From assembly GCA_051439605.1 (NCBI GenBank), contig JBFRWN010000060.1:1-39651 (forward strand): a stretch of DNA of 39,651 bases, written 5' to 3'. Below, piece by piece: positions 33,338 through 39,651 of the stretch. Position numbers and translations under genes: made by a program. Under the pieces are notes generated by a model. The model did no database searches, had not been told where the DNA came from, and saw only the letters and a list, made by a program, of their open reading frames with translations. Source of the DNA: Synechococcus sp. (GTDB lineage: Bacteria > Cyanobacteriota > Cyanobacteriia > Thermostichales > PCC-7336). Every line of letters starts with the position of its first letter. Positions within the stretch are counted from its first letter, which is position 1.

Positions 33338-33763
33338 ATGTTTGGTAATGCAGAGAAACGATTGAAAAAGGTGCGAAATCAGGGGGGGTTTAGCATCTTA
33401 GAATCTGTGGCCGGCATGGTCATCATGCTGATGTTGTTAGGGGGATCGACGAGTGGATTTTTGGGACTAACCCAAAAAAATCGCCAAAATCAGGTGCGGG
33501 GTGATGCGATCGCCGCTGGTAGACAGGTCATCGATGCTCTGCGACTTGTCAACCCCACAGCAATGCCTGATAACAATAATACTGAAACACAAACTATCAA
33601 TATTGATGGCAAAGATTACGAGGTTCTAGTCACTTATTGCCCCGCGAGTGCAGCCGTAGACTTCTGTACAAATCCTAGCCGCCGACACATACAAGTTGAT
33701 GTCACTTATGCTGGGGACAGCCGGGTTTACTATACGACAGAAACCGTCTTTACAGAGCTATAA
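33338..33763 (+). CDS. Type IV minor pilin, PilV-like (operon 3)
   Basis: G|FSILES, VTYCP...RRHIQVDV, ETVFTEL. Confidence 0.85.
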   Translation: MFGNAEKRLKKVRNQGGFSILESVAGMVIMLMLLGGSTSGFLGLTQKNRQNQVRGDAIAAGRQVIDALRLVNPTAMPDNNNTETQTINIDGKDYEVLVTYCPASAAVDFCTNPSRRHIQVDVTYAGDSRVYYTTETVFTEL

Positions 33764-33812
33764 ATCCATTTTGAAGCTGCTACAGAGTCGAATAGTTTAA
33801 GGTTTCCAAGCA

Positions 33813-34850
33813 ATGCACACTCTAAAATCGACGATAAGAAATTTAATTGGACACGATCAGCCTGAGCGATCGAGCATGCATCTTTTATCGACTAAGAAGC
33901 GCCGAGCTAAACACTTTGCATTAGGTTTTTCGCTAACTGAGCTGCTAGTTGCACTACTAATCGGTTCTGGAGTTACTTCAACCGCTGCAACCATCGTCTT
34001 TTTTAATCGCAATTTATATTTAAAGGACAGTTCGCGTACTCAAGTCAACCAAAACTTGCGTTCCTCGTTAGACCTTACGGGGAACGATATTCGCCAAGCT
34101 GGTGAACGTCTTGCCGATGACTTTCCAGCGATTGTGCTCAATCCAGGTGGCGATACAACAGGGGTGCCAGACCAATTAATCACGTATCGGGGCCTGAATG
34201 ATTTTGCACAATTGGTTTGTCTGGATGTGACGGCTGGAACCGGTAGTGACGTTGCTGTTGCAGATACCTCGCTGGATCCTACCACTGGAGATGTATGTGC
34301 TGTCGATTCAGATATCGATACAGGTCTTCTAGATTGGCAAGCTTTCAGAGATGGTGGAACAGTAGATGCTTATATCTACGACCCCGTTACAAATCTGGGA
34401 GAATTCTTTGAATATGACGGGGAAGATACAGCTAACTATACGATTTCTCGTGCTAGTGGTACTTGGACCAATAGCTATCCCAAAAACAATCTACCTAGGT
34501 TGTATATCCTTGAGAAAAAAGAATTTTTCTTGAGTTCTATGGATGCTACCGATTGTACTGCCACTGGAGACATTCTGACGATGGTAGTCAATGATGACTG
34601 CGCCAACGGAAGAATTGCTTTGACCAATACAATCGAAGACTTCCAGATTTCTATCTGTATGCAAGGGGGGCTCGGTTGTGTCAACACGATGGATCGCACC
34701 ACCTCTGCAAATGCCGCGGCTAATAGTGGGTGGGCAGATATTTCATCCGTTCAGGTTACTTTAACGGGGTCATCTAATTATGCAGCTGACCAGGAGATTC
34801 AAAAAGTACTCTCTTCAAACTTTTTCCCTAGAAATGTTTTGTCTTACTAG
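33813..34850 (+). CDS. Type IV minor pilin, PilW-like (operon 3; start may be 33876)
   Basis: G|FSLTELL, NQNLR...DIRQAGE, FFPRNVLS. Confidence 0.87.
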   Translation: MHTLKSTIRNLIGHDQPERSSMHLLSTKKRRAKHFALGFSLTELLVALLIGSGVTSTAATIVFFNRNLYLKDSSRTQVNQNLRSSLDLTGNDIRQAGERLADDFPAIVLNPGGDTTGVPDQLITYRGLNDFAQLVCLDVTAGTGSDVAVADTSLDPTTGDVCAVDSDIDTGLLDWQAFRDGGTVDAYIYDPVTNLGEFFEYDGEDTANYTISRASGTWTNSYPKNNLPRLYILEKKEFFLSSMDATDCTATGDILTMVVNDDCANGRIALTNTIEDFQISICMQGGLGCVNTMDRTTSANAAANSGWADISSVQVTLTGSSNYAADQEIQKVLSSNFFPRNVLSY

Positions 34851-34862
34851 AGCATCCTAATT

Positions 34863-36956
34863 ATGAAAAGTCGTTCTTCTCTTAGACCTAAAGCAAAACT
34901 TCTGCTCTACAAGCATCTGCAAAACAATCGCGGATACGTTGTTCTGATTGCTGTGAGCACAACCGTGGTTGTTACTTCAATGCTGGCTGCCTATTATGTT
35001 TTGGCAAAGCTGGAATCGACAATGTCTCTAGCATCTCTGAATAATAGTTACGGTTTTGATGCAGCAGAGGCCGGATTAAACTTACGTGCCGATGATGTCA
35101 GGGCTACGTTTGAAGGCTTTAACGTCCCAGATGGGACACAAGTACTAACGACTTCTGGGAATACCCCATGCGAAGGAGGTAACGACGGGGCAGACGATTT
35201 TGCCTGCACGACCTACTCGATTAATGACTACGATGTCACTACATTTCTTCTGAGGGAGGATGCAGCCAATCCTCTCGACGACCCAGAAATCTTACAAATA
35301 CCTCCGGGAGAACCTTTCGAATTTCTGACTGCTCAGGAATATCAGTACAGTGCGTACTCCACTGCTTCCCGCTATGGAGAGGACCCTCAAGCCATTTTGC
35401 AAATGGTGTTCAGAAGCCGGCTGGTGCCTCTGTTCCAATTCGCCGCTTTTTACGATAAAGATCTAGAGATTCTGCCTGGACCCGATATGACCCTCAGCGG
35501 TAGAGTCCATACGAATGGCAACCTGTTTGTCAATGCAAACTCTTCGTTGACTGTGCAGGCGCAAGCCAACGACACCTTCGTCACGATGGTCGGTAGTTTA
35601 TATCGAGGCAGAAAGGATTCAAATAATTGTGGCGGTACGTTTAGCGCTGTAGGTATTTCAGGGGTACCATCATCGCTGTCTTGTAATGGCGGTGGCCGTG
35701 CAGCATATACTTCGAATGACCATCCTGACATTGTTGCTGCAGGGGGTATCTTTGATGTGGAGTTTGCCGAGCTGGAGGTGCCCGATGTCAGTGTCTTCGA
35801 CCCCGATCCATCTGCAGGGGACGATGCCGAGTACTGGGATAAAGCGGATTTGCGTGTAGTCCTAAACTTAAATTCCACTGTCAACGATGCTTACAAACTA
35901 AAAGAATCCGATGGAACCACCATCGTTACCAGCGGCTCTGGCGATGTTGCAGTCGAAATTCGCAACAGTGATGGAAGTGTTGACACCAATAGAACAGCGG
36001 CTTTGAACTCAAGTGTTTGCACCAGAGATCACGATTCTGATGCCGGTACTGCTGAAGTTCCACCTGTGTACATGAGCGGAGTGTACGACGCAAACAGCAA
36101 CCCATTCTTCAGCGGGCGCGAGAATGCCGATCTCACCATGATGGATGTCAATCTAGAAGCGTTACTCGATTGCATCTACGAATCGAGAGTGAGTGCTGTA
36201 ACTGCTCCTGTTTATCCAGAGGTTTTACTCAATTCAAATCGTCAGTTAGATGACACCACTGATGGCGGATTGGTCTTCCACTTCACCATTGCAAACGGTC
36301 CCACTGCTGCCGGACTGATGACCGGTAAAACCCCAGGAACAGCATCCAACATGGCTGTTCGAATCTATAACGGTGCAGATGTCGATTCCTCTAATGGCGC
36401 TGCGCCTGACGTTGAAGGACTCACGATTGTCTCCGACCAAGCAATTTATGTTGCAGGAGACTACAATTCTGTGACCCAACTTCCGGCATCTTTCCTAGGA
36501 GATACCATCAATGTTCTGTCTAATAGTTGGGATGTGTGGACGGACGACGGTCAAAACAAGGTAGGCTCCTCAAACTACGTATCGAAGGAACCAGGGGCAA
36601 GCAATACTACTATTTATGCTGCTTTCTTGGCAGGGACTGACATAACTGGTGGGTCCGAAGGGGCTGCAGGAATTGATTCAGGAAATTACAATGGCGGTCT
36701 AGAGAATTATCCTCGCTTCCACGAAAGCTGGAGTGGGGATACGTTGACCTATCGAGGTTCCTTCGTGAGTTTAGATACGCCTCGATATGCAACTGGGAGC
36801 TGGGGAGCTCAGGGACAGTACTACAATCCACCTGCTCGAGACTGGGATTTTGACCAACAATTCCTATCAGCGGATACCTTGCCACCTTTAGCCCCCAGAT
36901 TCACTATCTTGCTCCAAGACCTGTTTGTCAGAGACTTTGGCACAAGCACTAACTAG
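34863..36956 (+). CDS. Large PilX-like minor pilin (operon 3)
   Basis: G|YVVLI without Glu5, AAEAGLN, FQFAAFYDKDLEI, YNGGLENYPRFHESW. Confidence 0.85.
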   Translation: MKSRSSLRPKAKLLLYKHLQNNRGYVVLIAVSTTVVVTSMLAAYYVLAKLESTMSLASLNNSYGFDAAEAGLNLRADDVRATFEGFNVPDGTQVLTTSGNTPCEGGNDGADDFACTTYSINDYDVTTFLLREDAANPLDDPEILQIPPGEPFEFLTAQEYQYSAYSTASRYGEDPQAILQMVFRSRLVPLFQFAAFYDKDLEILPGPDMTLSGRVHTNGNLFVNANSSLTVQAQANDTFVTMVGSLYRGRKDSNNCGGTFSAVGISGVPSSLSCNGGGRAAYTSNDHPDIVAAGGIFDVEFAELEVPDVSVFDPDPSAGDDAEYWDKADLRVVLNLNSTVNDAYKLKESDGTTIVTSGSGDVAVEIRNSDGSVDTNRTAALNSSVCTRDHDSDAGTAEVPPVYMSGVYDANSNPFFSGRENADLTMMDVNLEALLDCIYESRVSAVTAPVYPEVLLNSNRQLDDTTDGGLVFHFTIANGPTAAGLMTGKTPGTASNMAVRIYNGADVDSSNGAAPDVEGLTIVSDQAIYVAGDYNSVTQLPASFLGDTINVLSNSWDVWTDDGQNKVGSSNYVSKEPGASNTTIYAAFLAGTDITGGSEGAAGIDSGNYNGGLENYPRFHESWSGDTLTYRGSFVSLDTPRYATGSWGAQGQYYNPPARDWDFDQQFLSADTLPPLAPRFTILLQDLFVRDFGTSTN

Positions 36957-37036
36957 CAGGGTTGGCTACTTCGTCGCCGTCATCATTTGCAATCTGGCTG
37001 TACTTAGATAACACTGCGAGTTTTCACTCCTTCCCC

Positions 37037-37945
37037 CTAGCAATTGCAGAAGGGAACGACGAGAAGAGGCGCGCTACCGATCGCAATCCAGAACCAGCGG
37101 CGATTGCTGTCCAACTGAAAGGATTTTGTCTCATCCAGCAAGGCATCAATACGTGTTTCTAGCCGTTCAAGGGAGGTCTCTTCACCGAAAGGGGCGACCC
37201 AGGCGCCAGACTCGAATGGGGCATTGACCACTTGAAACAGAGCTTCGGCTAAAACCAGGCGATCGCATCGAGTAGCCGCCAGAGCATCCGCTCGTAGCTC
37301 GCGTAGTAACAACAGACGCTGCCATAGCTGTTCGCTGTGGGGCAGCCATGTTGCTATCTGATGCAACCATCCCAGCCAGAAGAACCAAAACGTATCGCGA
37401 AAGTCATGGTGGGCTTGCTCGTGAGATAACACCGCCTGCACCTGTTCTGGCGGTAAATCTTGCAAGAGGGCTTGACTCACTATCAGCTCGGAATTCCAGA
37501 AACCTACTTGGGCGGCAAATGGACGTGAGTGGGGGATGACCCGACTTTGTAAGTCAGGCAGGAAGTCAGGAGAGGGCAAAGATACGAGACGAATGCTGCA
37601 GAGGGGGTATTGCTTCAGGTGGCGGGTGGTTATCCATGCTTGCCAAAGCCGACGAACTAGAGCTGAGACCGCCCATGCTAGGAGGGTAATTGATAACACA
37701 TGACCGAACTGATTCAGACAGGGACTACTACTGCTGTGGGTATGCATGACCATGGGTCCCGGCCCCATGAATACCACTGCCATACAACTGGCTAACAGCA
37801 GCAGCGGAGGCAGGGCTAAGGCCAGCAGACTATTCCACCACTCCGACTGTCTGGAGGTGTGTGAAGAGGAGCGACTGGAGGAAGTAGGCCACAGACGAAT
37901 AGCGATCGCCACAATAACGGTCAGCCCGAGCACTAACAGATGCAC
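37037..37945 (-). CDS. petP: BlaR-type M56 membrane metallopeptidase, probable PetP
   Basis: HEQAH (HExxH), RELRAD and several transmembrane segments. It overlaps the upstream BlaI gene by 1 nt (TAGTG). Confidence 0.8.
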   Translation of the reverse strand: MHLLVLGLTVIVAIAIRLWPTSSSRSSSHTSRQSEWWNSLLALALPPLLLLASCMAVVFMGPGPMVMHTHSSSSPCLNQFGHVLSITLLAWAVSALVRRLWQAWITTRHLKQYPLCSIRLVSLPSPDFLPDLQSRVIPHSRPFAAQVGFWNSELIVSQALLQDLPPEQVQAVLSHEQAHHDFRDTFWFFWLGWLHQIATWLPHSEQLWQRLLLLRELRADALAATRCDRLVLAEALFQVVNAPFESGAWVAPFGEETSLERLETRIDALLDETKSFQLDSNRRWFWIAIGSAPLLVVPFCNC

Positions 37946-38367
37946 TAGCTGCGCTCCTCGCGGGCGCTGCGGGCCGCCTGAAGACGTTGAGCAATGGCTG
38001 ACATTTTGGCCACGCTGGTAGCATCTAAACTGTCAGCGAAAGCGGCCACGATATCGGGGTTCCCGACTGCTAAAAATTCTTGTAATTTGGCGTGAGCCCG
38101 CAGGCTTTGGGCCTCGACTTTAGAAATAGTGGCTTGCCAGTGAAAGCTGCGGTTGGTTTTATTGCAGGCCAACCATCCCTTTTTCGTCAGCCGATTCAGG
38201 ATGGTGCTGACGGAGGTGTAAGCCAATTCGCGATCGGGATCCTGCAGAATTCGCTCGTGCACGTCTCGGACGGTAACAGCGCCCAAATCCCAAACAATCG
38301 TTAGAATCTCTTGTTCTAGGGGGCCTAGAAAAAGCTGCTTGGGACGTCGACTCGGTAGTGGAAGCAT
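37945..38367 (-). CDS. petR: BlaI/MecI/CopY transcriptional regulator, probable PetR
   Basis: RPKQLFLGPLEQEIL..VW, DPDRELAYTSV.T.L.RL..KGWL, the cyanobacterial Slr0240-type pattern. Confidence 0.85.
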   Translation of the reverse strand: MLPLPSRRPKQLFLGPLEQEILTIVWDLGAVTVRDVHERILQDPDRELAYTSVSTILNRLTKKGWLACNKTNRSFHWQATISKVEAQSLRAHAKLQEFLAVGNPDIVAAFADSLDATSVAKMSAIAQRLQAARSAREERS

Positions 38368-38504
38368 CCAGCGATCCTGTTTTGTTTGACGACAGTTGAT
38401 TTTTCGGATGACTCTACGGTAACAAGTCCCCCGACTTTCCTTGAGAAGACTTTAATCGAATCTTACAAATCGCAGATTCAGTCCGCTCAGAATCAAGGGG
38501 TCGG

Positions 38505-39479
38505 TTAATCTTGCTCGAAAGATTGGCCTAATGCTGCAGGAGGCTGCACTTTCAAAAAGCTGAGAATCGTGCGGCGGGTACTGGCGGGTAGAGGCATCAG
38601 CAGTCGCTCGAGCCAATCGCTGGAGGTGACCGCCAGCACCGCAATCATCAGGACAAACGGGGCGACGCTGAGTACCTGGGTGGGAACGCCCGGTAAGCTT
38701 CCCTGCACGGTATTCGCTAATACTTGTAGGAGGCCAAACAAATAGACTCCAAGGGCTGCCCGGAGGGGATTCCAACCGCCAAATATGGCGATCGCCAACG
38801 CAATCCAGCCATAACCTGCTGTGTGTCTGTGGCTCCAACCCGCACGAAAATCCAGGGAATAGGCAGCTCCAGCAACCCCCATCAGTCCTCCCCCCAACAA
38901 CGTGTAGAGATATCGTAGTTTGACCACCTCAATCCCGCGGGAAAACGCAGCTTGGGGTTGCTCGCCAATCAACCGCAGATTTAGACCTGCTGCTGTGCGA
39001 TAGAAGAAAACCCACAGTCCCAGAATTAAGAGAAAGCTGAGGTACACCAGTCCATCACTCTGGAAAAACAGTGGACCCAAGATGGGGATGTCTTGTAACA
39101 GCGGCAGCTTGAAGCTGGGAACTGTGGGACCAGGGACCCTCACCACGGGGGTGCCTAAGAACGATGACAGATCGGCACAGAGCAGTGCCAAGACAAACCC
39201 AATCGCCACCTGCGATTGCTTAAGGGTAATGGAGGCAAATGCCACGATGGCGGCGACGGCCATGCCGACAGCGGCAGCGGCGGCGAAGCCGAACAGGAGA
39301 CTGTTGCTATGTTTGGCGGCGGCAAACCCTGTCATTGCCGCCAGCAATAAGGTTCCTTCCGCAGATAAGTTCACGATTCCAGCCCGTTCGCTCAGGGTTT
39401 CCCCCAGCACCGCAAAGATTAAGGGAGTAGAACTGGCGATCGCTGTTGCGAAGATGGAAATCATAGGGGATGACACCAT
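38505..39479 (-). CDS. ABC transporter permease (sugar/nucleoside type)
   Basis: STPLIFAVLGETLSERAGIVNLSAEG, GEQP.AA...GI.V, AGYGWIALA...FGGWNP. Confidence 0.92.
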   Translation of the reverse strand: MVSSPMISIFATAIASSTPLIFAVLGETLSERAGIVNLSAEGTLLLAAMTGFAAAKHSNSLLFGFAAAAAVGMAVAAIVAFASITLKQSQVAIGFVLALLCADLSSFLGTPVVRVPGPTVPSFKLPLLQDIPILGPLFFQSDGLVYLSFLLILGLWVFFYRTAAGLNLRLIGEQPQAAFSRGIEVVKLRYLYTLLGGGLMGVAGAAYSLDFRAGWSHRHTAGYGWIALAIAIFGGWNPLRAALGVYLFGLLQVLANTVQGSLPGVPTQVLSVAPFVLMIAVLAVTSSDWLERLLMPLPASTRRTILSFLKVQPPAALGQSFEQD

Positions 39480-39651
39480 TTCAGTTAGGCATGATGGGGA
39501 TTGAGGATTGGGCTTGCGATGTTCCGCAGTAGCGCATGAGATCTCGGTGAGGACAAGAAGATCTTTGCAGAACCTGGGTTCTGAGTCGCTGAAATCCCTT
39601 CAGAAACTTGATTCGCTATAGCTGTCCTGAAAAGATACGGTGCGAGATCTC

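Noticed and set aside
39480..39651. Upstream ABC gene or repeat element (GAGATCTC occurs twice)
   Set aside because: No convincing reading frame, and too little sequence at the window edge to judge.

Overview
Cyanobacterial chromosomal window; at least 16 HIP1 octamers (GCGATCGC) were counted by eye. From left to right it contains: the right end of an IS1182-like element that truncates a VOC/glyoxalase-like gene; housekeeping genes (DUF212, crtE, glgA, GH57-like, ssr1528-family, gdhA); a partly AT-rich lipid-modification cluster (cyclopropane-synthase-type methyltransferase, three FAD oxidoreductases, PlsC-type acyltransferase); two sensor GGDEF-EAL genes with complementary motif degeneracy; and a thioredoxin-like gene. 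Next is a ~15 kb array of three tandem, diverged fimU-pilV-pilW-pilX minor type IV pilin operons with no pilY1. The window ends with petP/petR and an ABC permease. The pilin array is the most notable part. Extra extracellular domains are grafted onto different subunits: a TadG-like domain on PilW1, a Gly-Thr tether plus ConA-like domain on FimU3, and large C-terminal domains on PilX. A decayed copy of the thioredoxin gene, absent from the ORF track, sits between operons 2 and 3 and marks a duplication or recombination junction. All family assignments come from recalled motifs, not database searches.
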